A stretch of DNA of 64,000 bases from the NCBI GenBank assembly GCA_021513715.1, contig CP084167.1, forward strand, positions 2,272,001 to 2,336,000, written 5' to 3'. The position numbers were made by a program, and so were the translations under genes. Position 1 is the stretch's first letter, and every line of letters begins with the position of its first letter. Below are positions 9,963 through 19,500 of this stretch, in pieces. Under the pieces are notes generated by a model. The model was not told the origin of the DNA. It did no database searches and saw only the letters and a list, made by a program, of their open reading frames with translations. The stretch comes from Candidatus Heimdallarchaeum endolithica (GTDB lineage Archaea; Asgardarchaeota; Heimdallarchaeia; Heimdallarchaeales; Heimdallarchaeaceae).

Positions 9963-11078
9963 ATGAAGGATAACATCTCTTCAACATTATATGGTATCAG
10001 TAGATTGATGAAAAAGAAACAAATTGCATCAAAGTATAATATTCCTCTAGATCAAATCATTGATCTTAGTGCTGGTGATAATTTATTTATACCTCCCAAA
10101 CTCATTCGGAATTTGGCAATAAATGAAATCAAAAGAGTAGATCCTCGTGATAGATATCCTATAGATTATTCTTCTTTTATTGAAGAAATAAGTCGTTTTA
10201 CAAATGTAGCTAAAAAATGTATTTATCCTGGTATATCACACATAACACTAATTGAAAAATTACTGCGCTTTTATACTGAGCAAAGAGATAAAGTAATAGT
10301 TCTTAATCCAGAAAAAGATATTTTCTCAAGAATTATAAAAAAACTTATGTTAAAACAAATTCCTGTATATTTGTTTGATGATTATAAATTAAATACTGAT
10401 GATATAATAGAAAAAGCTTCTTCAGAACAAGCTAAGGCAATTCTGATTTCTTCTCCCCATTATCCAACAGGAAACCAATTTTCTGAAGATCGTATGCTAT
10501 CTATGATTAATGAGTTAAATATTCCTATTATAGTTGATGAATCTTATGTGGAATTTGGAAAATATTCGCTCACCAATATAGTAAGTAACTACAATAATTT
10601 ACATGTCATCCGCAACTTTTCTAAAGCATGGGGAATTGGAGCTTTTTCTTTAGCTTATTTGGTTGCAAATGAAAATGTAATAACAAAAATGAAACAAGTA
10701 TATATGGTTGAAGAGATTCCTCCTATTCATATCCTCGTAGCCATAAATATATTTCGTAATCCCTACAAATTTGTAGAACTTATCCAACTTTTTTTGCAAG
10801 AAAGAAAACGGGTTTATGAATATTTAAAACTACTTAATGGAGTTAAAGTTTTTAAAACTGATTCTAATTTTATTTTTATGCAATTTGAACACAACACACA
10901 GCCAATTTTTGAATATTTGTGTAGTAAAGGGATATTAGTGCAAAACTTTGATAAATTACTTGATTTTAAGAATAAGGAAAAGTCTCTGTTAGTAACTTTG
11001 GGTACAAACACTATCAATGACAAATTTATTATTAATTTAGTAGAGGTGTTGGAAGCTATTTCACAATCATCAACTTGA
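9963..11078 (+). CDS. PLP-dependent class I/II aminotransferase, HisC-like, with degenerate motifs
   Basis: VDESYVEF, RNFSKAWG (Schiff-base Lys), SP..PTG, DSNFIF. Confidence 0.8.
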   Translation: MKDNISSTLYGISRLMKKKQIASKYNIPLDQIIDLSAGDNLFIPPKLIRNLAINEIKRVDPRDRYPIDYSSFIEEISRFTNVAKKCIYPGISHITLIEKLLRFYTEQRDKVIVLNPEKDIFSRIIKKLMLKQIPVYLFDDYKLNTDDIIEKASSEQAKAILISSPHYPTGNQFSEDRMLSMINELNIPIIVDESYVEFGKYSLTNIVSNYNNLHVIRNFSKAWGIGAFSLAYLVANENVITKMKQVYMVEEIPPIHILVAINIFRNPYKFVELIQLFLQERKRVYEYLKLLNGVKVFKTDSNFIFMQFEHNTQPIFEYLCSKGILVQNFDKLLDFKNKEKSLLVTLGTNTINDKFIINLVEVLEAISQSST

Positions 11079-11272
11079 TTTTGTATGGATTTTTTGAGAT
11101 AACAATCATTAGTTAGCTCTATTTACATTTTTTTTCCTGTTATCTCACATAATGATTAGTTGGTGTCATATTTAATGTCTCAGGAAGATTAGTGATGAAT
11201 AATAATCCTTTTTTTCTGATGAAAAGACACATAAATGTTGTTGTTCTAGTTAGAACGAATTAAGGTGTCTGA

Positions 11273-12178
11273 ATGGAAGAAAAAAGATTACATAAATATA
11301 CAGTAGAATTTCCTATTGATGTCTGGAAAATTTTACAAGAAAAAAGGGGAAGTGGATCAATAAAGGATTTCCTAGTTTATCTTATTGAAAAAGAGTTTTC
11401 ATTAAGAAAAGTGAAAGCTTTCATTCTCGCCGGAGGAGAAGGAGCTAGGTTAAAACCTCTAACTGAATCGATTCCTAAAGCCATGATACCTGTAGGATAT
11501 AAGCCCCTTCTAGAATATAATTTACACTTATTAATGAAAAATGGAATTACAGATGTAAACCTTCTTGTTGGAAAACTTGGAGATCGTATAATGCAGTATT
11601 TTGGCCAAAAATGGAATGATATTACTCTTAATTATGTTGTAGAACAATTGATGCTAGATACTGCAGGAGCTTTATATAACGCACGAAATTTGATTAATGA
11701 AACATTCTTGGTTATGAATGCTGATATTCTAACAAATATTAGAATAAGTGAGTTGATCGACTTTCATAAACAAAATAAGAAAGATTTCGTTGGTACAGTC
11801 GCTGGTATAAATTTGGTCGATTATCAACAAAAGATGAATAGTAAAACTAAGGATAAAGCCGTTTTTAACGATTTTGGGGTTTTTCAGATAAGTAACAATA
11901 AGCACACTAGAATTCTTAAGTATGAAGAAAGGCCTGCTAAAGGTATGCAAAATGGATATATTGACGCTGGTATATATATATTCGAACCAGAAATAATTGA
12001 TTATTTACATGAATCTGAAGGTAAATCATTATCGAAAGATATATTTCCTCAGCTGATAAAAGAGAATAAACTACAACTTTACCCCTGTAAACAGAATATT
12101 CACTGGATTGATGTAGCTCATCCTATTCGTTGGTCAATAGCTTGGGAGTTATTAATATCCGGTGCAATTGAAATATAA
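11273..12178 (+). CDS. Sugar-phosphate nucleotidyltransferase with an N-terminal RHH-like extension
   Basis: ILAGGEGARLKPLT..IPK, DTAGAL, NADIL, AGIYIFEP, WIDV. The first ~45 aa have a strand-helix-helix pattern. Confidence 0.88.
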   Translation: MEEKRLHKYTVEFPIDVWKILQEKRGSGSIKDFLVYLIEKEFSLRKVKAFILAGGEGARLKPLTESIPKAMIPVGYKPLLEYNLHLLMKNGITDVNLLVGKLGDRIMQYFGQKWNDITLNYVVEQLMLDTAGALYNARNLINETFLVMNADILTNIRISELIDFHKQNKKDFVGTVAGINLVDYQQKMNSKTKDKAVFNDFGVFQISNNKHTRILKYEERPAKGMQNGYIDAGIYIFEPEIIDYLHESEGKSLSKDIFPQLIKENKLQLYPCKQNIHWIDVAHPIRWSIAWELLISGAIEI

Positions 12179-12332
12179 ATTAATTTTCTCAATTTACAAT
12201 GAATAAAGTTAAGGGAGAAATCGAAATCAACAAATAAAAATTGTGGTCTCTACGGAATAAAGTTTCAATCAATAACCAAGTATTATCCATTTATTAATCT
12301 CTAAATTTAAATAACCAAATCTTATTTTCTTA

Positions 12333-13307
12333 ATGGAGATAATGAAAGTAAGTTACAATATTATGTGGACAGAAAAATATAGACCAAGGTCATTAAACGA
12401 TCTTAGGGGACATCAAGATATAATTATAAGATTAAAAGGATTTGTAGAAAAAGGTAATCTGCCACACCTCTTATTTGCTGGACCACCAGGAACAGGAAAA
12501 ACAACAGCAGTTTTAGCTTTGGCACATGATTTATTTGGGCCCGATACTTATCATCATAATATTCTAGAATTAAATGCATCAGATGATAGGGGAATTGATA
12601 TTGTTAGAACACAAATAAAAGAATTTGCAAGAACTGCACCATATAATGCACCATTTAAAATTATTTGCTTAGATGAAGCTGATAATTTAACAAGTGCAGC
12701 ACAACATGCACTACGAAGAACAATGGAAAAATATGTTAGAACTAGCAGATTTGCTTTAATTTGTAACTACTCCAGTAAAATAATTGAACCAATACAATCA
12801 CGTTGTGCTATTTTTAGATTTAAACCCTTATCAGACGAAGAAATAAGAGAATATTTGATTTACATATCTGAAAAAGAAAATCTTGTTTATGACAAAGAAG
12901 GAATCGAGACTATTCTGTACATAGCTGAAGGAGACTTAAGAAAAGCAATAAACATTCTACAGTCAACAGCAGCATCAGGGCATTCTATTGAAGCATTGAC
13001 TGTAAGAAAAACTATTGGTCAAGCTGATCCTGAACAGATAAAAAACATGGTGTTACTCGCATTAAACGGAAAATTTCAACAGGCGAGAAGTCAGTTACAT
13101 GAGTTGATGTTAGAATATGGTTTATCAGGAACAGACGTAACATATCAAATATATAAAGAAATACCAAAACTTGATATTCCAGAAGTATCAAAGCTTGAGA
13201 TTACTCAATATTTAGCAGAAGTAGATTTCAGGATATCTGAAGGGGCATCAAGTAATATACAAATTGGGGCATTCCTAGCGAAACTGTCAAGAATAAAATA
13301 TGAATAG
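12333..13307 (+). CDS. rfcS: Replication factor C small subunit
   Basis: WTEKYRP, GPPGTGKT, ELNASDDRGID, DEAD, SRC motifs. Confidence 0.96.
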   Translation: MEIMKVSYNIMWTEKYRPRSLNDLRGHQDIIIRLKGFVEKGNLPHLLFAGPPGTGKTTAVLALAHDLFGPDTYHHNILELNASDDRGIDIVRTQIKEFARTAPYNAPFKIICLDEADNLTSAAQHALRRTMEKYVRTSRFALICNYSSKIIEPIQSRCAIFRFKPLSDEEIREYLIYISEKENLVYDKEGIETILYIAEGDLRKAINILQSTAASGHSIEALTVRKTIGQADPEQIKNMVLLALNGKFQQARSQLHELMLEYGLSGTDVTYQIYKEIPKLDIPEVSKLEITQYLAEVDFRISEGASSNIQIGAFLAKLSRIKYE

Positions 13308-13318
13308 TGTTTTCCTAT

Positions 13319-14641
13319 TTAACTTTTTAAGTACTGTTTTGCCTTATCTTTTAACTTTTCAATGTCTATTGTATGGAAAACACCATCCTCATAAACAATT
13401 GTTCCATCTATCATAGTCAGTACAATATCTTTACCACTAGCAGAATAAACAATATGTGTTATTGGGTCGTATAATGGAATTGCATTTACGTCGCTTATAT
13501 CTAATAGAACTAAATCTGCTTTCTTACCTATTTCAATTGAACCAATTTCTTTTTCCATATGCAGAGTTTTAGCTCCTTCAATTGTTGCCATTCTCAAAAC
13601 ATTTTTAGCTGGTAACTTTTTTTCGTCTAGATATTTTAGTCGCTGAAGGAATGATGCAAGACGTATCTCTTTAAACATATCTAAGTTGTTATTACAAGGA
13701 GCACCATCTGTAGCTAATCCAACAATTACGCCAAGTTCTTGAAATTTTACAATATCCGCAATGCCAGAAGCTAATTTGCTATTACTACTTGGGTTATGAC
13801 TTATTTTTGTTCCAGATTCTTTAATCAGTTTGTACTCTTCTTCATCTAACCATATCGCATGAGCTAAAATTGTGTTCTTTCCTAAAACATTTAACTCATT
13901 TAAAGCACGGATGTATGACTTTCCAAATTGCTGCGTAACAAGTTTACTCTCATTTCTATTTTCGGAAGCGTGTGTATGGATTAGAATGTCATCATATTTT
14001 TGTTGCAATTTCACAACTTCTGCTATTAAATCAGTACTGTTGTTCAAAAGAAATCTTAAATTTAAGGAATATTTTATCCTACCTTTTTGTCTATTGTGAT
14101 ATTTTTTAATGTGGTCTGTGATTTCTGCAATTATATCAGATGTTTTTTCAAGTTTTTCTTTTTTATTGTTAATGTCAACATCCATCAGCATTTTTCCTAT
14201 TCTTGCCCTAATTCCAATATCAATTGCTGCCCTTATTCCTTCCTCAGAATGATGCACAGTCAGCATATCGTTGCATGTAGTTGTGCCTGTTCGTATCATC
14301 TCTGCAAAACCCAAAACACATGATGTATAAACATTATCTGCACTAAAACTTCTTTCGCCTGGTAAAATTACTTTTTGGAGCCAATCAATTAAACTTAGAT
14401 CTTCAGCTTTTCCTCTTAACAGCGTTTGTACAGAATGGGAATGTGTATTTACTAATCCTGGAAGCAGTATTTTATTCTTTCCGGAAATTATCCTTGATGA
14501 AGCGTAATAGTTAGCAATTGTATCTCTTTTACCAACAGCTTTTATTTTATTTTCTTCAACATATACAGCACCATCCTTAATTATTTCATCTGTTGAATTG
14601 CATGTTACAACGTAATCAGCTTCAATTATTATTCCTTTCAA
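13319..14641 (-). CDS. Amidohydrolase, MTA/SAH deaminase-like
   Basis: PGLVNTHSH, HTHASE, AHAIW, HNPSSNSKL, ATDG, GSIEIGKKAD. Confidence 0.88.
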   Translation of the reverse strand: MKGIIIEADYVVTCNSTDEIIKDGAVYVEENKIKAVGKRDTIANYYASSRIISGKNKILLPGLVNTHSHSVQTLLRGKAEDLSLIDWLQKVILPGERSFSADNVYTSCVLGFAEMIRTGTTTCNDMLTVHHSEEGIRAAIDIGIRARIGKMLMDVDINNKKEKLEKTSDIIAEITDHIKKYHNRQKGRIKYSLNLRFLLNNSTDLIAEVVKLQQKYDDILIHTHASENRNESKLVTQQFGKSYIRALNELNVLGKNTILAHAIWLDEEEYKLIKESGTKISHNPSSNSKLASGIADIVKFQELGVIVGLATDGAPCNNNLDMFKEIRLASFLQRLKYLDEKKLPAKNVLRMATIEGAKTLHMEKEIGSIEIGKKADLVLLDISDVNAIPLYDPITHIVYSASGKDIVLTMIDGTIVYEDGVFHTIDIEKLKDKAKQYLKS

Positions 14642-14704
14642 TTGAGAGACCTCTCTTTAATGACTGTAAATATATTAATAAATCCTTTTTTTCTCTTAAA
14701 TTTA

Positions 14705-15367
14705 ATGAAAATCTCAAATGATCTTGAAGACCTTACAAATAAGATAAAAAATTGTAAATTATGTTCTCTCTATAAAACAAGAAAAAACGTCGTTCCAGGG
14801 ATTTATGGTTCTAATAATGAACTGTGTTTTATCGGTGAAGCTCCAGGATATAATGAGGATAAAGAAGGCTACCCGTTTGTTGGAAAATCAGGAAAGCTCC
14901 TTGATGCGATGCTAAGAGAGATTGGATTAGAAAGAAAAGAAGTTAGTATTCTAAATGTGGTAAAGTGTAGACCAGTTACAGAAGATGGGAAGAATAGAAT
15001 CCCATCTCAAACTGAAATAAATATTTGTTCAAATACATGGCTAAAACATCAGTTAGAATACTTACAACCTAAATTAATTGTGACTCTTGGTTCCGTAGCA
15101 TTAAAATATTTTTTTCCTAAAGCAAAAGTTACAAAAGAAGTTGGGCTATTTAAAACAACAAATGAGGGTTTTACTGTTTTTTCAACATTCCATCCAGCTT
15201 ATATATTAAGAAATAACAGTGAATTTATGCGAGAAACATATAGAAATCACTTTAAACAAATTTATTTTTATATAAAAAGCAATAATGTTCTCAAAAAACC
15301 TCCAATTGATAAAGCATTATCTTCTACTAATGTAAAGCAGAGTAGATTAGACAATTTTTTCAGTTAA
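14705..15367 (+). CDS. udg: Uracil-DNA glycosylase family 4 (Fe-S) with a C-terminal PIP box
   Basis: CKLC, IGEAPG..E, PFVG, KCRP, FHPAY; C-terminal QSRLDNFF is a canonical PCNA-interaction motif. Confidence 0.92.
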   Translation: MKISNDLEDLTNKIKNCKLCSLYKTRKNVVPGIYGSNNELCFIGEAPGYNEDKEGYPFVGKSGKLLDAMLREIGLERKEVSILNVVKCRPVTEDGKNRIPSQTEINICSNTWLKHQLEYLQPKLIVTLGSVALKYFFPKAKVTKEVGLFKTTNEGFTVFSTFHPAYILRNNSEFMRETYRNHFKQIYFYIKSNNVLKKPPIDKALSSTNVKQSRLDNFFS

Positions 15368-15420
15368 TAAAAAAGATTAATCTTTCATTACAGTATTTAC
15401 AACTATATGATTTATAATAA

Positions 15421-16420
15421 GCATGTCCAAAAATTCTTTTTCACCAACTAAACGGTCCGAAGGAGTAAAAGGTAGTTGTAACAGAGAAGAGAACTGTACA
15501 AGGTAGAGAGAATGGTGGAGGGTAAACGATCAAGGATTGGGGGAAGAGAGAGTTTAAGGAGACCAAAGACGTGTTCAATACTACTACGATACTCGGGATG
15601 ATGATTACGACGATACAGACCAGGGTAGAGACGATGAGCTTGAACTATTGGTCCGAGGGGAGGAGGAGAGGGATAACGAGCATTACTTTTTGGGGGAATA
15701 ACAGGGAAAAAGGAATGTTGGCTAAGAAGTCCAACGATATTTTCTGTCCAGTAGGCACAGTCTCCATAAAATCGCAAGAAAGGTCTCAAGAGTGCAGAAG
15801 GAAGTTTCTGCCAGAGTAAACCGAAGACTTTACTATCGTGAGTGTTACTAGCAGAATGAGCGAGAGAGACTATAGCTCGAGAGGGTAAACCAACTATAAG
15901 GTGTATCTTCCAGAAAAGTTTAGAGGTTTTCTTTAGTGTCCCTCTTGACCATTTGAGAAAACGCCAAACAGAAGCTTGACGGATTTTAAACCCTGAACTA
16001 TCCACTGCCATAGCTTTCAAGCCTTTTTTCCTCACTATTTCCCTACCTAAATCTATTATCCACTGCTCTAAGATTTTACTTTCTGTCGCTCTCCACACTG
16101 CATGAAAAGTAGATTTAGAAGGAATCTTCTTCATCCACCCCTCTTCTATCAAAAAATCGCATAAAGACAACTTTTCCTCTAACTTCCTCCAAGCTATCCC
16201 TTCTATTCTAGCAATGATTGCTAAAGCCAGTATCACCCATCTTTCTGCTATTCTCTTTCTCCCTCTCTTGCTTTCTCTCGGTTCCTCTTTCACCAGTTTC
16301 TTAAGGAAAGGTTCATTAATGATTATGAATTCTCTTGCTTTGTGGGGGTCTATGATCTGAAAGAAATTCATACTTCCGACATAAACCCCCACATTAATAA
16401 AAATTAATTTTTGGACATGC
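15421..16420 (-). mobile_element. Insertion sequence, IS5-like (DDE), about 1000 bp
   Basis: Perfect 15-bp TIRs: GCATGTCCAAAAATT (15421-15435) and its reverse complement (16406-16420), extendable through the flanking TAA/TTA. Encloses the transposase and is more GC-rich than its flanks. Confidence 0.92.
15448..16392 (-). CDS. IS5/IS4-superfamily DDE transposase
   Basis: AVDSSG, WKIHL, HDS, GDCAY, PPKSN, YRSSIEHVFGLLK. Confidence 0.92.
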   Translation of the reverse strand: MGVYVGSMNFFQIIDPHKAREFIIINEPFLKKLVKEEPRESKRGRKRIAERWVILALAIIARIEGIAWRKLEEKLSLCDFLIEEGWMKKIPSKSTFHAVWRATESKILEQWIIDLGREIVRKKGLKAMAVDSSGFKIRQASVWRFLKWSRGTLKKTSKLFWKIHLIVGLPSRAIVSLAHSASNTHDSKVFGLLWQKLPSALLRPFLRFYGDCAYWTENIVGLLSQHSFFPVIPPKSNARYPSPPPLGPIVQAHRLYPGLYRRNHHPEYRSSIEHVFGLLKLSLPPILDRLPSTILSTLYSSLLCYNYLLLLRTV

Positions 16421-16511
16421 TTAAATTAATTAGATTGATTTTGTAACTTTATTGGTTGAAATACACTCTATATGGATAAGATTAATATTTATCAAATTTG
16501 TTGTTTTAATA

Positions 16512-17873
16512 ATGAGTTCGATAATAGAAAAGAGAATATACCAAATTACAACTTTAAAGCATAAAGATGATGTCAATCGCGTTCTTGTTGATGAACAATA
16601 CATCTATAGTGCTTCTTCTGATAAAACTGTAAAAGTTTGGGATAAATTTACATTTGATGAGGTTGCAATATTATCTCATAAAAAACAAGTAAATGACATC
16701 GCAATAGATGATAACTATATCTATAGTGCGACCAATGATGCTCGAGTTTCTATTTGGGAAAAAAATAGTTGGGAAAATGTGACCTCCCTTCCACATGATG
16801 GATTTGTAGAGAGAGTAGTTGTAGATGGCAACTTTGTCTATACTTCTTCTGATGATTTTTCTGTTAGAATTTGGGATAAAAAAAATTGGAAGGTAGTGTT
16901 AGGGTTAAGAGTATCAGGAGAAGTGAACACCCTTTTTGTAGACAAAGATTTTCTTTATACTGGAAAGGGAACAAAAGTAAAAATCTGGGCGAAAGATAAT
17001 TTTGATGTAGTCACAACGATAAAATTACCTATGTTTAGTGCTGTGCGCACGATATATGTAGATGAGGATTTCATTTATATCGGAGGAAGTGAAAAAAATG
17101 TTCGTGTATTTGATAAAAATTCAAAAAAACTTGTAGCTAAACTTCCTCATTCTGCTATTTCAATTGTTTATTCAATATACGGTGATGATCAATATATTCT
17201 TACAGGGTTAAGTGACAATAAAGTTGTAGTTTGGAAGAAAAGCGATTTCTCAAAAGTTACTTCTCTAAGTATTTCGGGGCAAGTGAAGTCAGTGTTCAGT
17301 GATGGAATAAGATTTTATTCTGGTAGTTCTGATAAAAAAGTTAGAGTTTTTGAACCAGCAATTTATGAAGAAAAAAGAAAGAAGCAAGAAGCAAAGAGAA
17401 AAGAACAAGAATTTAAAAAGAAAAAGGAACTAGAGGAGAAAAAAAGGAAAGACGAGGAGAAAAGAAAAAAAGAGGAGGAGAAGAAAAAAGAGAAACTTAG
17501 AAAAGAACAAATGAAAAAGGAGAAAGAAGAAGCCAAAGAAAGAGAGAAACAAGAGAAAAAGCGAGAAGAAAGAAAGAAAAAGGAAGAAGAAAAAGAGAAA
17601 AAGCGAGAAGAAAGAATAACAACAATAAGAAACATCTTGAAAAAAAGTGATTCAATAGAAATTAACTTGCTAATGGAAATTCTAGACTTTTCAACAAAAG
17701 CAGCGCTGTTGAAATTCTTATATAATTTACCAGAAGATTTCCCAATAATAATTAAAGATGATAAAGTGTTTTTCTCCACACCTAATAAAAAAGAAAAAGA
17801 AGTCCATAAAGCAATAGATGACTTGTTGAAAAAATATGAAGAATGGGAGCAGAGTGATGTTTCTAAGATATAA
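16512..17873 (+). CDS. WD40 beta-propeller protein with a Lys/Glu-rich helix and a C-terminal helical domain
   Basis: About 7 repeats of H...V..V..D..YIYSAS.D.TVKVWD, followed by a ~85-aa K/E/R-rich tract. Confidence 0.88.
   Translation: MSSIIEKRIYQITTLKHKDDVNRVLVDEQYIYSASSDKTVKVWDKFTFDEVAILSHKKQVNDIAIDDNYIYSATNDARVSIWEKNSWENVTSLPHDGFVERVVVDGNFVYTSSDDFSVRIWDKKNWKVVLGLRVSGEVNTLFVDKDFLYTGKGTKVKIWAKDNFDVVTTIKLPMFSAVRTIYVDEDFIYIGGSEKNVRVFDKNSKKLVAKLPHSAISIVYSIYGDDQYILTGLSDNKVVVWKKSDFSKVTSLSISGQVKSVFSDGIRFYSGSSDKKVRVFEPAIYEEKRKKQEAKRKEQEFKKKKELEEKKRKDEEKRKKEEEKKKEKLRKEQMKKEKEEAKEREKQEKKREERKKKEEEKEKKREERITTIRNILKKSDSIEINLLMEILDFSTKAALLKFLYNLPEDFPIIIKDDKVFFSTPNKKEKEVHKAIDDLLKKYEEWEQSDVSKI
17551..17616 (+). 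repeat. 24-bp direct repeat inside the K/E-rich coding tract
   Basis: AAGAGAAAAAGCGAGAAGAAAGAA at 17551-17574 and 17593-17616 (EKKREER twice). Confidence 0.7.
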
Positions 17874-17922
17874 TTTAAGTTAATTAATTATGCTATACTT
17901 TTTTTTAATTAAGAAAGAATCT

Positions 17923-19500
17923 TCACACACTCTCATAACCTCCTCCGCCAGGAGTTTCAATTATTACTATATCTCCTTTCTTAATTTTTCTAGTGGTCTT
18001 TGATGGAAGAATTGACTGTTTATCTGATGAAACAAGAATATTTTTGCCTTTTCTACCTGGCATTCCTCCAAATAAACCAAAAGGAGAATGATTTCTTCTC
18101 TCACTTTGAATAGAAAGAGTAGCTTCTTCAGCAAGCAATTTTATTGAACGTCTAATACCATTGCTGCCAGACCATTTCCCCTTTCCTCCAGTGGACTCCA
18201 AAATAGAATATTCAAGAACTTGGAGGGGATAATAAGTTTCCAAAACTTCGATAGGTGTATTGCGAGTATTAGTCATGTGGCTATGTTTTGCACTTGGGGG
18301 AGAATAATCCTTTCCTGCTCCAATACCTCCAGCAATAGTCTCATAGTAAGTAAATTGATGACCTTTATGTGTTCCTCCAATAATAATGTTATTCATTGTT
18401 CCACTACTTGCTGCAGGAATATCATCTGGAAAAATCTGGGAAAAAACACCTAACAAAACATCAACAATTCGTTGACTAGTCTCAACATTTCCTGCAGCTA
18501 CTCCTGCAGGAGGAAGAGGATCCACTAATGTTCCTTTTTTAGTGATTACCTTAAGAGGTTCATATAATCCATAATTTGTTGCGTAATCTCTAGGGACTAA
18601 AGCTCGAATAAGATAATAAGTAGCTGAAAGGGTTACAGCCAGTGGTGCGTTGATGTTACCTTCCACTTGTTTAGAACTTTTAGAATAATCAACAATAAGC
18701 TCCTCTCCACATCTTTTAACTTCGGCAGTAATAGGGATTGGTTCATCTGTAACTCCATCATTATCCATATAATCTGTGAAAGAGTAGGTATTTCCTTCAG
18801 GTATGCTTTGAATTAAGTGAAGAGAGGCAGAACGAGAACGGTTAATTAGAAATTCAATAACCTTTTGAACTCTAGGTAAGGAGTACTTGGCTAATAAAGA
18901 TTGAAATTTTTTTTCTCCAATCTTGGTTGAGGCAAGCTGTGCTTGAAGATCTCCTTTACGTTCGTAAGGAACCCTCACATTTTCAAGAAAAACATCTAAC
19001 CATTCTTCATTCAATTTTCCCTTTCTTTCGATAAGTGTTGGTTTAATAATAAAACCTTCTTCGTGGAGAAGATACTTTCCTCCAGGCATACTACCAGGTA
19101 CAACTCCTCCAACATCTGCGTGATGGCAACGATTAGCAATATATCCTACAAGTTTTTGTTCAAAAAAGATAGGTTTGACGATTGTTATATCCGGTAGGTG
19201 CGTACCTCCAGAATAAGGGTCATTGGAAATATATATGTCACCATCTTCTATATTATTTTCACCAAAATGTTTGATAATTGCTTTAACAGACTCGGGCATA
19301 GCTCCAAGATGAACAGGAATATGTTCTGCCTGAGCAAGAAGTCGACCTTGACTATCCATAATCGCACTGGAAAAATCTAATCTATCTCGAATGTTGGGGC
19401 TAAAAGCAGAACGTTGAAGAACTATGCCCGTCTCTATAGCAACGTTACGAAGAGCTTGGTTAATAACCTGAACTTCAATTAAATTAAATTGATCACTCAT
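17923..19500 (-). CDS. Hydantoinase B / 5-oxoprolinase subunit
   Basis: SPNIRDRLDFS, HIPVHLG, NDPYSGGTHLPD, HHADVGG, ETPGGGGY. Confidence 0.93.
   Translation of the reverse strand: MSDQFNLIEVQVINQALRNVAIETGIVLQRSAFSPNIRDRLDFSSAIMDSQGRLLAQAEHIPVHLGAMPESVKAIIKHFGENNIEDGDIYISNDPYSGGTHLPDITIVKPIFFEQKLVGYIANRCHHADVGGVVPGSMPGGKYLLHEEGFIIKPTLIERKGKLNEEWLDVFLENVRVPYERKGDLQAQLASTKIGEKKFQSLLAKYSLPRVQKVIEFLINRSRSASLHLIQSIPEGNTYSFTDYMDNDGVTDEPIPITAEVKRCGEELIVDYSKSSKQVEGNINAPLAVTLSATYYLIRALVPRDYATNYGLYEPLKVITKKGTLVDPLPPAGVAAGNVETSQRIVDVLLGVFSQIFPDDIPAASSGTMNNIIIGGTHKGHQFTYYETIAGGIGAGKDYSPPSAKHSHMTNTRNTPIEVLETYYPLQVLEYSILESTGGKGKWSGSNGIRRSIKLLAEEATLSIQSERRNHSPFGLFGGMPGRKGKNILVSSDKQSILPSKTTRKIKKGDIVIIETPGGGGYESV

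Noticed and set aside
11150-11222. Box C/D sRNA (GTGATGA...CTGA)
   Set aside because: The boxes are too close together, no convincing C'/D' pair, and the guides are low complexity
17363-17779. 138-aa Phe/Ser-rich minus-strand ORF
   Set aside because: Antisense shadow of the K/E-rich tract of the WD40 gene
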